From the NCBI GenBank assembly GCA_963845535.1, contig CAWJSK010000012.1, positions 512,001-576,000 on the forward strand: DNA of 64,000 nucleotides. The letters run 5' to 3'. This stretch comes from an uncultured Spirochaetota bacterium. GTDB lineage: Bacteria; Spirochaetota; Spirochaetia; SZUA-6; Fen-1364. The position numbers were made by a program, and so were the translations under genes. This document shows, in pieces, positions 9,236 to 18,850 of the stretch (position 1 is its first letter; each line of letters opens with the position of its first letter). The notes below the pieces were generated by a model. The model searched no databases. It was not told where the DNA came from and saw only the letters and a list, made by a program, of their open reading frames with translations.

Positions 9236-10263
9236 GGCACTATGACGGTCCGAAGACCACCCTCGTACTTCTCCAGCGCGTCCAGCGCGGCATTGATGGC
9301 GCCAGGCTCCAGCGGAATTGTCCGCGTCACGACGCGGGACGTGTCAAGGACGCCTTTGCGAGCCATCTCCAGCAGCTGCGGCAGCTCCTGCAGGAGATGA
9401 TCATTTGAACCGATCAGCTCGGCTTCATTGCCAAGGAGCTCACGATAGGAATCCACGGACAACGGCTCTTTGCCAATCCCGACAATGACAGCCCGGCCCA
9501 TGGGGCCGAGGCACCTCAACGCTTGCTGCATGGTGGAAGCGCGGCCAATCACCTCCAGCGCCACGTCAGCTCCCCTGCCCGCGGTGAGGCGCTTGATCTC
9601 CTCCACGGGGTCCGTCTGAGTTGCGTTGATGGGAATGGCGCCGTAGCGCGCCGCCAGCTCCAGCTTTTCAGGGCGCCGGTCAACCGCAAAGACTTCCAGC
9701 GCGCCGAACGCCCTGGCCAGCTGGACGGCTGACAGCCCCAGACCGCCAATGCCGAACACCGCTGCCCTCTCCCCGGCCCGCAGCCTTGCCTTTCGAAGCG
9801 CATGCAATGAGGTTGCCGACGCGCACATCAGAGTGGCGCCTTGCTCGAAAGGGATTTCCGCCGGCAAGGGCAGCGCATTGCGGGCGGGAACCGCCACGTA
9901 TTCTGCGTAGCCTCCGTCTGTGAAGTGGCCAAGCATGAGCCCCGTGGGGCAGAACTGCTCATTCCCCGTGCTGCAAAAATAGCAGTCCCCGCAGGTGATG
10001 TTGTAGTGCAGCACCACGCGGTCTCCCGGCTTCACGCCGGTGGTCACCCCGGCTCCCGCCTTCTCCACCACGCCTGCCACTTCGTGTCCCAGCGTCATGG
10101 GAAGGGGACGCACGGGGGAGGTCCCCGCGCGGTAGTGGACGTCCGAGTGGCAGATGCCCGCGGCCTTCACTCTCACCAGGACGTCCTTTTCCCCGATCTG
10201 CGGGACGGGAACGTCGAACGCCTCAAGGGGCTTGCCAACCGCCACCATCCGTACTGCTTTCAC
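9232..10263 (-). CDS. Zinc-binding medium-chain alcohol dehydrogenase
   Basis: GICHSD, GHEVAG, CGDCYFC...C structural Zn motif, GIGGLG Rossmann fold. Confidence 0.92.
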   Translation of the reverse strand: MKAVRMVAVGKPLEAFDVPVPQIGEKDVLVRVKAAGICHSDVHYRAGTSPVRPLPMTLGHEVAGVVEKAGAGVTTGVKPGDRVVLHYNITCGDCYFCSTGNEQFCPTGLMLGHFTDGGYAEYVAVPARNALPLPAEIPFEQGATLMCASATSLHALRKARLRAGERAAVFGIGGLGLSAVQLARAFGALEVFAVDRRPEKLELAARYGAIPINATQTDPVEEIKRLTAGRGADVALEVIGRASTMQQALRCLGPMGRAVIVGIGKEPLSVDSYRELLGNEAELIGSNDHLLQELPQLLEMARKGVLDTSRVVTRTIPLEPGAINAALDALEKYEGGLRTVIVP

Positions 10264-10269
10264 GACGTT

Positions 10270-10351
10270 ACCATAGGTCGGGGATGCTGGGCGGTCAAGC
10301 TGACGCGTCATGACGCGTCATGAAATATCGGAATGTCAATCCGAGATTTCA
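10270..10351. promoter_or_regulatory. Divergent promoter region with tandem palindromes
   Basis: Minus-strand TTGACC (10293-10298), 17 nt, TATGGT (10270-10275); TGACGCGTCA twice (10301-10320); 12 bp inverted repeat at 10321-10351. Confidence 0.55.
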
Positions 10352-10411
10352 TATCCCCTCACTGTTTGCTCAGGCCGTGTGTTCGCCACTACATTTGACG
10401 GGGAGGCAAAA

Positions 10412-11143
10412 GTGGACGGCAGTGTTCTCATCATCGATGATGACCGCGAGATTTCCGACGTGGTCGCCATGAACTTGCGCGACCTGGGTTTCAAGACCGA
10501 ACGCGCCCATGACGGAAAGGCCGGCCTTCAGAAGGCGCTGGCCGGCGCGCATTCGCTGATCATCCTGGACTTGATGCTCCCGCAGCTGGACGGGATTTCC
10601 GTATGCCGGCGCATCCGGGAGAGAAACCCGTACACCCCCATCCTCATGCTGACGGCCAGATCCGAGGAGATGGACAGGGTCCTCGGGTTGGAGCTCGGAG
10701 CGGATGAATACATCACGAAGCCTTTCAGCGTGCGGGAGCTGATGGCGCGGGTGAAGGCGCTCCTGCGCCGCGTGGAAACCGACCGGGAGGCTGCGTCGGG
10801 CAAGGCGGCCGGGGGGCAGGCCGGCGGGCAGGTCCGCGTAGGTGAGATCACAATCGATTTCGAGAAGCGCAAGGTGACGCTGGCGGAAAGGACGGTGGAG
10901 CTGACGGTGAAGGAGTTCGACCTCCTCGCCCTTTTTGCCCGAAACCCCGGAAGGACCTACAGCAGGACCGACCTTCTCAACCTCGTATGGGGCTACCAAT
11001 ACGACGGGTACGATCACACCGTCAATTCGCACATCAATCGCCTGCGAAGCAAGATCGAGGAAGACCCCGGCCAGCCGCGCTACCTGAAAACGGTCTGGGG
11101 TATAGGCTACCGGTTCGCCGAGCCGGCGGAGCTGTCCCGGTGA
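10412..11143 (+). CDS. OmpR/PhoB family response regulator
   Basis: IIDDD, LDLMLP, GADEYITKPF, HINRLRSKIE, TVWGIGY. Confidence 0.95.
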   Translation: MDGSVLIIDDDREISDVVAMNLRDLGFKTERAHDGKAGLQKALAGAHSLIILDLMLPQLDGISVCRRIRERNPYTPILMLTARSEEMDRVLGLELGADEYITKPFSVRELMARVKALLRRVETDREAASGKAAGGQAGGQVRVGEITIDFEKRKVTLAERTVELTVKEFDLLALFARNPGRTYSRTDLLNLVWGYQYDGYDHTVNSHINRLRSKIEEDPGQPRYLKTVWGIGYRFAEPAELSR

Positions 11144-12609
11144 GGCAGCTCTTCCGGTCTTTCTATGCGCGCATCTCGACGATCTTCCTCCTCCTGATCG
11201 TCGTGCTGGGCGTGGGGTGGGTCGCCATTGCCTTCAACTCCGCGCGCCGGCTTTTCAGCGAGGTGGAGCAGGTCCTGAACAGGGAATACGCGCGCAGCAT
11301 TTCCGCGGAGATACAGCCCCTGGTGGCGGGCGGCTTCGATGAGAGCCGCGTACGGGGGGCCATCCACTACATGATGGTGCTGAACCCCATGGTGGAGATC
11401 TACCTTCTGGATGCCAACGGGAAAATCCTTGCCTATTTCACGGGGCCCTCCCACACGGTGGAGAGAAACAGGGTGGACATGGGGCCGGTACGGACGTTCG
11501 TGCAATCAGGCGGGAACCGATTGATCCTCGGCGATGACCCGCGGAACGCGGGTCGGGAAAAACCGTTCTCCGCTGCGCCGCTCTCCATGGGAGACGCGCG
11601 GGGATATGTGTATATCATCCTCGGAGGGGAGCAGTACGACTCCACCCTGAGGATGATCCGCCAGAGCTACATCCTGCGGGCGGGGATGGTGGCGCTGCTC
11701 CTTGCCCTGGTGTGCACGCTCATCGTGGGGCTTTCCCTGTTCTTCCTCCTCACCAGGCCGCTGCGAACCTTGAGCGAGGCGGTGAGGGCATTCGAGCGGG
11801 GAGAGCGTGGCCGGCGCGTCGACCTCCGCGGCAGGGACGATCTGGCCGGACTGGGCCGGTCCTTCAATGAGATGGCCGCAACGATCGAGGCGGACATGGA
11901 AAAGCTGCGGGAAGCGGAGCGCATGCGCAAGGAGCTGACCGCCAACATTTCGCATGACCTTCGCAGCCCGCTTGCCTCCATCCGCGGATACCTGGAGACC
12001 ATACTCCTCAAGGATGCCCAGCTCACCGCGGCTCAGCGGCAGAACTTCATCGAGATAAGCCTCAAGAACACGGCGAGCCTCCAGAGACTCGTGGAGGAGC
12101 TGTTCGAGCTGGTCAAGCTGGATACCCGGCAAGTGCAGCTCAAGCGGGAGCCATTCCAGGCGGCGGAGCTTGCCCAGGACGCCGTCGTGAAGCTCAAGCC
12201 GGGCGCGGACGGCGCCGGCGTTTCCCTGACGGTGGAAGCTCCCCAGGACCTTCCTCTGGTGCACGGGGACATCGGCCTCGTGGAGAGAGTGCTCACCAAC
12301 CTGATCGACAACGCACTTGCTTTCACGCCGGCCGGAGGATCCGTCCGCGTGGCCCTTTCCCGGGTGAGCGGATCCGTGGAGGTGAGCGTCATCGACACGG
12401 GGACAGGGATCCGGCCCGAGGACCTTCCCCACATCTTCGACAGATTCTACAGGGCGGACAGGAGCAGGGACCGCTCCCGCGAAGGAGCGGGGCTGGGGCT
12501 TGCCATTGCGCGGGAGATCGTGGAGATGCACGGCAGCGCGCTCCAAGTGGAGAGCAGGGTCAACGGCGGAACCCGGTTCTCCTTTGCCTTGGCCGCTGAC
12601 AAAAGGTGA
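11140..12609 (+). CDS. HAMP-domain sensor histidine kinase
   Basis: Two TM helices, HAMP, SHDLRSPL H-box, NLIDNA, DTGTGI, GAGLGLAI. Confidence 0.95.
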   Translation: MRQLFRSFYARISTIFLLLIVVLGVGWVAIAFNSARRLFSEVEQVLNREYARSISAEIQPLVAGGFDESRVRGAIHYMMVLNPMVEIYLLDANGKILAYFTGPSHTVERNRVDMGPVRTFVQSGGNRLILGDDPRNAGREKPFSAAPLSMGDARGYVYIILGGEQYDSTLRMIRQSYILRAGMVALLLALVCTLIVGLSLFFLLTRPLRTLSEAVRAFERGERGRRVDLRGRDDLAGLGRSFNEMAATIEADMEKLREAERMRKELTANISHDLRSPLASIRGYLETILLKDAQLTAAQRQNFIEISLKNTASLQRLVEELFELVKLDTRQVQLKREPFQAAELAQDAVVKLKPGADGAGVSLTVEAPQDLPLVHGDIGLVERVLTNLIDNALAFTPAGGSVRVALSRVSGSVEVSVIDTGTGIRPEDLPHIFDRFYRADRSRDRSREGAGLGLAIAREIVEMHGSALQVESRVNGGTRFSFALAADKR

Positions 12610-12611
12610 GG

Positions 12612-12634
12612 CTGTCGGCGGAGGCCGCTGGCAG
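12612..12634. terminator. GC-rich hairpin between convergent genes
   Basis: CTGTCGGCGG pairs with CCGCTGGCAG using G-U pairs; no strong U tract. Confidence 0.3.
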
Positions 12635-12658
12635 AAGTTGACGCCCCGGCTCAGCGGG

Positions 12659-13867
12659 TCAGGAAATCTCGGCAACCAACACGGTGATGTCGTCCGGCTG
12701 TGGCGTCGGGCCGGTGAACTCCTTGATCTCCTTGTCCAGCTCGGCAAGAAAGGCGTCCACGGGCTTCCTGCACCTGGGGTAGAGGAACTTCCTGAGGTTC
12801 TCTTCCCCGTACCGTTCACCCCGTTCATTGCAGGCATCGATAAGGCCATCCGAGTGGATGAACACCCGGAAGTCCTTGCTCACGGGGAACGCGTAACTTT
12901 TCACGTCGGTGAACGCCTTGATGCCGAGGGGCATGAGGTTGGGGCTGATGATCTTGCCTTTCGTCTTGCCGCTCTCTGCGTCAGTGAAGAAAACGTACAG
13001 GGGTGAGTACCCGCAATTGAAGAACCTGACCTCGCGCTTCGGGCGATCCACAAAAACGAAAGCGGCTGCAACGAAGATCTCCTCAGGGGTCTGGTCCAGG
13101 ATGACGCCGTTCAGGAGAGAAACGATGGAGTCAGGCCCGTGGGAACCCAGAGAGCCGCTCACCTTGAGCGTCGAGAAGAAGGAGCTGAGAGTGCTCGTGA
13201 GGAGGGCGGCCGCGGTGCCTTTGCCGCAGACGTCGAAGGAGGAAAGCATGGCGAGCCCGTCATTGATCTCCATGCACTGGAGATAGTCACCGCCGATTTC
13301 GTGAGCCATCCGGACGTACGTCTTCACGGCAACCCCGGGCCCGTTCGCCGAGGTCCGGCCAATGAGAAACTCCTGCATCTTCCTGGCCTGCGCAAGGTCG
13401 GTGTTGCGTATCTCCGCGATGTTTCGAGACAGATCGGCAAAGGTGCCGATTCCGAAGAACCTTCCCCGCTTGTAGATCATGAAGTCGTCATAGAGCTTCT
13501 CGGGACCCCGGGTCAGGATGAGCGCCATTGCCTTTTCGCAGTTTTCCGTCGAATCCACATAAAAGCCCGACTGGTCGAGGAACTTTTCCACGGGCGGGTT
13601 GGTGAGGGCGCTCTTCTTCTTGAGCAGGTCATGCTTATGGACGATGCCGGTAACTCCACGGTCCCCTTCAACGGGAAGGCAGTTGATGTCTCCCCGTGAC
13701 GAGAGGATTTCCAGGGCCTCTGAAAGACCGAGCTTGCCGTTGATGGGCTCCACGAACTTCGTGATATGCCCGATGTTGAGGATGGAGACGGAGTCTGAAA
13801 GGCTTTTCAGCCTGGCGGAGACAAAATCAGTGATCTCACCGCCATTCAGAATCTCAAGCGGTTCCAT
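12659..13867 (-). CDS. SpoIIE/RsbU-type PP2C phosphatase with N-terminal CBS-like region
   Basis: IGGDY, DVCGKGTAAAL, HSDGLID, QPDDIT motifs. Confidence 0.9.
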   Translation of the reverse strand: MEPLEILNGGEITDFVSARLKSLSDSVSILNIGHITKFVEPINGKLGLSEALEILSSRGDINCLPVEGDRGVTGIVHKHDLLKKKSALTNPPVEKFLDQSGFYVDSTENCEKAMALILTRGPEKLYDDFMIYKRGRFFGIGTFADLSRNIAEIRNTDLAQARKMQEFLIGRTSANGPGVAVKTYVRMAHEIGGDYLQCMEINDGLAMLSSFDVCGKGTAAALLTSTLSSFFSTLKVSGSLGSHGPDSIVSLLNGVILDQTPEEIFVAAAFVFVDRPKREVRFFNCGYSPLYVFFTDAESGKTKGKIISPNLMPLGIKAFTDVKSYAFPVSKDFRVFIHSDGLIDACNERGERYGEENLRKFLYPRCRKPVDAFLAELDKEIKEFTGPTPQPDDITVLVAEIS

Positions 13868-13938
13868 GCCGCCTCATTATACGCCATGGATCTCAGTTGT
13901 CACGTACTTTCTCAAGCCACCCCCGCCGCGGCCGCCCA

Positions 13939-14631
13939 TCACCCCAGCGCCAGCTCCACGGCCGCCAACGCGTGGATCCGCGTGGTGTCGAAGACCGGCA
14001 CGGCGCAATCCCCGTCCTTGATCAGGAGCGGAATCTCGGTGCATCCCAGGATGATCCCTTGCGCCCCCCGTGCAATGAGCCCATCGATTATCCGCACAAG
14101 CGCGGCCTTGGATTCCTGCCTCAGCTCTCCGGCCACGAGCTCGTCATAGATCACGCGGTGCACCCGTTCGCGATCCGCCGCCTCCGGCACATGGACCTCG
14201 AAGCCGTGCTTGCGCGCCAGTCGCCCGCGGTAGAAATCCTCTTCCATGGTAAAACGTGTGCCCAGGAGCCCGACTGTCTTCAGGCCGAACTTCTTCACGG
14301 ATTCAGCGGCGGCGTCGACAACGTGGAGAAGCGGGATGCCGATGCACGACTGCACCTCGTCCGCCATCTTGTGCATCGTGTTGGTGCAGATGACCACAAA
14401 GTCCGCGCCGCCCTTCTCCAGCCGCCGCGCCGCATCCACCATGCTTTGCGTCGCCTCTTTCCATTTCCCTTCCCGCTGCAGCTTCTCCACGTCGGCGAAG
14501 TCCACCGAGTACATGAGGCTCTGCGCGGAATGCAGCTTGCCGAGCCTGTTCCTGACTTCCTCATTGATGATCCGGTAGTATTCTCTGGATGATTCCCAGC
14601 TCATCCCGCCGATAAGGCCGATCGTTTTCAT
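13939..14631 (-). CDS. Aspartate/glutamate racemase family protein (YgeA/RacX-like)
   Basis: MKTIGLIGGMSWES, CTNTMH, LGCTEI. Confidence 0.93.
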   Translation of the reverse strand: MKTIGLIGGMSWESSREYYRIINEEVRNRLGKLHSAQSLMYSVDFADVEKLQREGKWKEATQSMVDAARRLEKGGADFVVICTNTMHKMADEVQSCIGIPLLHVVDAAAESVKKFGLKTVGLLGTRFTMEEDFYRGRLARKHGFEVHVPEAADRERVHRVIYDELVAGELRQESKAALVRIIDGLIARGAQGIILGCTEIPLLIKDGDCAVPVFDTTRIHALAAVELALG

Positions 14632-16517
14632 CTCTCCTCCTTGGGCTTCAGGCGAATCCAGTGCTCGGTCCGTTCCCTCCCAGGACAGTACTTCAAGAGC
14701 TGACTCTCTGGCGCGTGAGTGAATGTTCCGTCGGTCACGTCAACGGTAAAACCACAGGGATACTGCAGCCGCGGAACGAAGATTTCCGTTGGGTTGGTCA
14801 TGCTGGGGTCATGGCGGAAGGCAAGCTCGAAGGCCCGGCTTCTCATGTCGAAGCGCACGCGCAGAAGCTCACCGGCCGTGGCGCGCGGGTATGGCCGCAC
14901 AAGCGCGCGCAGCGCCCTGCCTCCGGAGCTCACGTCCACGGGGTTGTGCTGCTGATCACGACTGAAAATGGACAGATCCTCCCCGTTCCACTGGTCACCG
15001 CGCGCGTTCGTATTGTCCGCGCAGTAGTTCCAGATCGCGCAACTGAGCCGGTTCTCCTCGATCGCCTGAAAGCTCCTGTCCAGCGCTTTCTCATGGACGC
15101 TGAAATCCCCCGTCCGGTACGCCCGCCGTCCATCCAGATCGAACGGCGTCCCGAACTCCGCGAGCAGCACCGGGATCCCTCCGGCTCGTTCAGCGGCCGC
15201 GCGTGAGAGGCGGGCAAGCTGAGCCCGCAGGGAACGGCGAACCGCGGCTCGACCGAACACGGGTTTCATGCGGGCAGAGTCCACGGCCATCCAGGCAGAG
15301 TAGTGCTTCTTTGCAAGCACAAGATCGTCGTACCAGTGGGGCGCAAACACCGCGTTCCCCCCGTCCTCCGCGCGCCACCTCGGCGGCGTGCGGTTGGCCT
15401 CAGCCTCGATGAAGATCAGCGCTCGAGGGTCGACCCCCCGAATGGCAGCGGCAAACCGCCGCGCAAACGGACGGTAATAATCGTCAGCAAAGCTGACGCG
15501 CTTCCCGGCTGGCCCCTGCATGAAGTGATCCGGCCGCAGCAGGACAGGCTTCCCCGAGCCATCCACGTCCCAGACACCGTTCTGCCGCCATACACAGTCA
15601 CGCCCGGGAAGCCAGGCGCGCGCGCCTTGGGAGTTCACCATCCGTGTGCCGACGCCCTTGATGCGCGCAAATCCCATGCGGCGAACCTCCACTTCCTGTG
15701 AGACGCCCGCGCCCAGGAGCATTCCCTGAAAAGCGGTGGGACAATCCCCCAGCGTGACAATCCCCCCGGCGGCGTTGAGGTCCTTCCATCCGATGTAGCC
15801 GGGAAGCGGCTCGTTCATGGTGTCATACCCCACGACGTTGGGAAGGTCCTTCAAACGCTCCGCCACCGCGCACATCGCCGCGATGAAGTGTTGCTGGAGG
15901 TGCTCCTGGATGGGTAAGCCATCCACGAACGTCCGCGGGGCAAAATCGTTGCCTCCGAAGAAAAGCGTGAACATCGTCGCTGCGGCAAGCTTTCCGCTGT
16001 TTGTCGGCCAGATCATTGGCGGGAGAGGGTCGCCGATGGCCTGGTGCGTGATCGCAGCCCCGGTCTCGTCCAGACGGGCAAGGTCGAACCCGGCAGCCTC
16101 CAGCGTCCAGCCGGGCGCGCCGTCGCCTCCGCACCACCGGCTCCACACGTCCTGGTGCGGATCGATGAGGACTGACATGCCATGCTCGTTCGCCTTGCCG
16201 ACCACGGAGCGGAGGTAATCGAGGTACTGCTGGTCATGGATACCCGGACCGTCGTGCTCCACGGCCTCCCAGGTCACAACGAAGCGGAGAAAAGTCATGC
16301 CCCATTCGCGAAGGCGCGCAAAATGCTCATCCGCCTCTGCCAGGGGAAAAGGCCTGCCGACGAAGGAAACGCGCCGGTGATCGAGGAACCCTTCACGGAC
16401 GTGTGTGGCGCCGTCCGGCACGCGCGGGACCTTGCTCGACCCGGCAAGGTTCGCGCCGCGGAGCATGAGCGTGCGGCCGTGCTCATCCACAAACCGTGGC
16501 CCCGACACTTTGATCAC
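14628..16517 (-). CDS. Glycoside hydrolase family 5 (endoglycoceramidase / steryl-glucosidase-like)
   Basis: WEAVEHDGPG, DPHQDVWSR..GGDGAP, MNEP acid/base residue, AEFG nucleophile, WNGEDLS. Confidence 0.9.
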   Translation of the reverse strand: MIKVSGPRFVDEHGRTLMLRGANLAGSSKVPRVPDGATHVREGFLDHRRVSFVGRPFPLAEADEHFARLREWGMTFLRFVVTWEAVEHDGPGIHDQQYLDYLRSVVGKANEHGMSVLIDPHQDVWSRWCGGDGAPGWTLEAAGFDLARLDETGAAITHQAIGDPLPPMIWPTNSGKLAAATMFTLFFGGNDFAPRTFVDGLPIQEHLQQHFIAAMCAVAERLKDLPNVVGYDTMNEPLPGYIGWKDLNAAGGIVTLGDCPTAFQGMLLGAGVSQEVEVRRMGFARIKGVGTRMVNSQGARAWLPGRDCVWRQNGVWDVDGSGKPVLLRPDHFMQGPAGKRVSFADDYYRPFARRFAAAIRGVDPRALIFIEAEANRTPPRWRAEDGGNAVFAPHWYDDLVLAKKHYSAWMAVDSARMKPVFGRAAVRRSLRAQLARLSRAAAERAGGIPVLLAEFGTPFDLDGRRAYRTGDFSVHEKALDRSFQAIEENRLSCAIWNYCADNTNARGDQWNGEDLSIFSRDQQHNPVDVSSGGRALRALVRPYPRATAGELLRVRFDMRSRAFELAFRHDPSMTNPTEIFVPRLQYPCGFTVDVTDGTFTHAPESQLLKYCPGRERTEHWIRLKPKEER

Positions 16518-16566
16518 GCGCCAGATGATAACCGGCCTTGACCGTCGGGGACAATTGGCGTATGAA

Positions 16567-16745
16567 GGACCCGCGCTGTTTGTTCCAGGGACAACGGAAT
16601 GCGGTGCAAATCCGCAGCGGTCCCGCCACTGTAATCGGGGATGAACGCAGCAGGAACGGTGACGTTCTGACAGTCATCACCTCGTCCAAGGAGAGGTGAG
16701 AAGGCGCTGCAAGTAAGAAGATCCGAGAGCCAGGAGACGATCCCG
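16567..16745 (+). ncRNA. Cobalamin (B12) riboswitch
   Basis: GGAATGCGGTGCAAATCCGCAGCGGTCCCGCCACTGTAA core and GAGCCAGGAGAC B12 box upstream of a TonB-dependent receptor; promoter TTGACC-17-TATGAA at 16538-16566. Confidence 0.92.
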
Positions 16746-16872
16746 GGAACCCGAGAGCCTTCGAGGAAAGGGTTGCATGGCGTGCACTATCGTTTGACAT
16801 TTCTCAACAACACCTTTCGTGTCCTGTCAGGACTCACGGAGAAGGTCCGGAGAGAACGGCCCAGGAGTCCGT

Positions 16873-18843
16873 ATGGACAAGAGGATTGCGCTTTTTGCCG
16901 CGCTGGCCCTCCTGAGCGCTCGTGCGTGGGCGGAAGACCTGCCCGAGCTGCCGGAGACGGTCATCACGGCCACCCGGGAGCCCACCGGCATTCTCGATTC
17001 GCCGAGCTTCGTCACAGTCATCACGCAGAAGGACATCCAGGATTCCGGAGCCGCGGATCTGTCCGCGGTGCTTGCCGCGCAGAGCGGCGTGGTGGTCAAC
17101 GACAATGGTCCCCAGGGGCAGATCAAGACCGTCAGCATCCGCGGCTCGACATCCTCGCAGGTCCTTGTCCTCGTTGACGGGGTTCGACTGAACTCGAGCT
17201 TCGACGGATCCGTGGATTTTTCACAGATCCCCGTGGACAATATCGACCACATCGAGATCGTGCAGGGCGGTTCAGGCTCCCTGTGGGGCACCGGCGCGGT
17301 GGGCGGAGTCATCAACATCATAACGAAGAAAGCCGACAAGCCCGACATCAGCCTGAGCGTAGCCAATGGCAGTTTCATTCCCCATGACGGAACGGCAGTG
17401 ACCGAAACCGGAAACTATTCCGTGCCTGCCTCGGGCATGAACCTCCTTGACAACCAGAATGTGAACCTCTCCCTTGCCAGCAGGATCGGTGACGTCGGAC
17501 TGACAGGGGGCGGCTCCTTCACGCGCGCCATGAACGCATTCGTGTGGGATGACACCGCAGGTTTGGGCGATTGGAGACAGAGGAACAACGCGCAGGACCT
17601 CGCACAGAATGCGTATGCGGGCATGGAGCTTCCCCTCCTGGGAGGCTCGTTTTCCACGAAGGGCACGTTCACCCACTCCCTGATCGGCGTTCCGGGCACT
17701 CTCACGTTTGCAACCAGCCAGGAGACGCAGGAGGACACTTCAGCAACGGGCTCTTTCTCATACGGGACGGCCAGCTTCTTCAATGACAAGCTCTCCCTGG
17801 ACGTGAAGGGGGCGTACCGGTATTTCACGGAGCTCGTCCAAGACCCTGTAGCGCCTTTTGCTTTCACGAGCACCCATACAGGCAATGCGGCGAACGTGGA
17901 CCTTACGCAGAAGTTCGCTTTTTCCGACTTTGCGTCCGCGGTGTATGGAGGCACCGGTTCCTATGAAGTCGTCGACAGCACAAACCTCTCAGGGGGGAAT
18001 AGCAGGGTGAGCCTGGCCGGATTTCTGTCACTGCCCTTCACCCCTGCGGAGCCGCTCACCATCACGCCATCGATCCGGTATGACTATTATTCGGACTTTC
18101 CCGGCTTTCTGTCTTTTCAGATGGGATCAGTGCTGACTCTCTCCGATATTTCGTCGATTCACGCCACTTTCGGAAGCGCTTATCGCGTGCCCACTCTGAG
18201 TGATCTTTACTGGATCGATCCGTTCGGTACGATAGGCAATCCCAGTCTCAAGCCAGAAACGTCCTATAGCGGAGAAATCGGGTGGTCTCTCCAGGAAAAG
18301 GGCATTTCTCTGGAAGCCGCTGCTTTTGCCCGGTTCGTATTCAACCAGATCGAATGGGTCTACGACAGCCTGACCGTCACGACACAGCCCATCAATATCG
18401 ATGAATCATTTCTTCCCGGGTTCGAGGTCCACGGAAGAGTCAGCCTGACTGATCACTTCTCTGTTCAGGCAGACTATGCCTTTATCTACAGCTTCCTGCT
18501 CCAGTACCCGGGGTTCAATTATCAGCTCTCCGACAACCAGAGGGTTCCCATGGTGCCCGTAAACAATCTGACTCTGGCTGTCAAATACCAGGATTCGATG
18601 AACACGGCATCCGTTGAGGCGCGGTACGTCAGCGAAAAGACGTATTTCGATTCCGGCACGTCAGCCTGGGCCACGCTCGGGGGTTACGTTGTTCTCAACG
18701 CCGGCTACAGGATTCAGGCAACAAGCTCGCTTGCGTTTTCAATAAGGCTGCTGAACTTCCTCGATACGTTGTATTATACGCAGTACGGTGGCTACCCCAT
18801 GCCGCCGTTTTCGATCGTGACGGGCATGCAGCTGAAACTGTAG
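16873..18843 (+). CDS. btuB: TonB-dependent receptor, probable vitamin B12 transporter
   Basis: Signal peptide, TonB box ETVITATR, plug motifs (SIRG, LVLVDG, GAVGGVINIIT), NPSLKPE; lies behind the B12 riboswitch. Confidence 0.85.
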   Translation: MDKRIALFAALALLSARAWAEDLPELPETVITATREPTGILDSPSFVTVITQKDIQDSGAADLSAVLAAQSGVVVNDNGPQGQIKTVSIRGSTSSQVLVLVDGVRLNSSFDGSVDFSQIPVDNIDHIEIVQGGSGSLWGTGAVGGVINIITKKADKPDISLSVANGSFIPHDGTAVTETGNYSVPASGMNLLDNQNVNLSLASRIGDVGLTGGGSFTRAMNAFVWDDTAGLGDWRQRNNAQDLAQNAYAGMELPLLGGSFSTKGTFTHSLIGVPGTLTFATSQETQEDTSATGSFSYGTASFFNDKLSLDVKGAYRYFTELVQDPVAPFAFTSTHTGNAANVDLTQKFAFSDFASAVYGGTGSYEVVDSTNLSGGNSRVSLAGFLSLPFTPAEPLTITPSIRYDYYSDFPGFLSFQMGSVLTLSDISSIHATFGSAYRVPTLSDLYWIDPFGTIGNPSLKPETSYSGEIGWSLQEKGISLEAAAFARFVFNQIEWVYDSLTVTTQPINIDESFLPGFEVHGRVSLTDHFSVQADYAFIYSFLLQYPGFNYQLSDNQRVPMVPVNNLTLAVKYQDSMNTASVEARYVSEKTYFDSGTSAWATLGGYVVLNAGYRIQATSSLAFSIRLLNFLDTLYYTQYGGYPMPPFSIVTGMQLKL

Positions 18844-18850
18844 GGAGACG

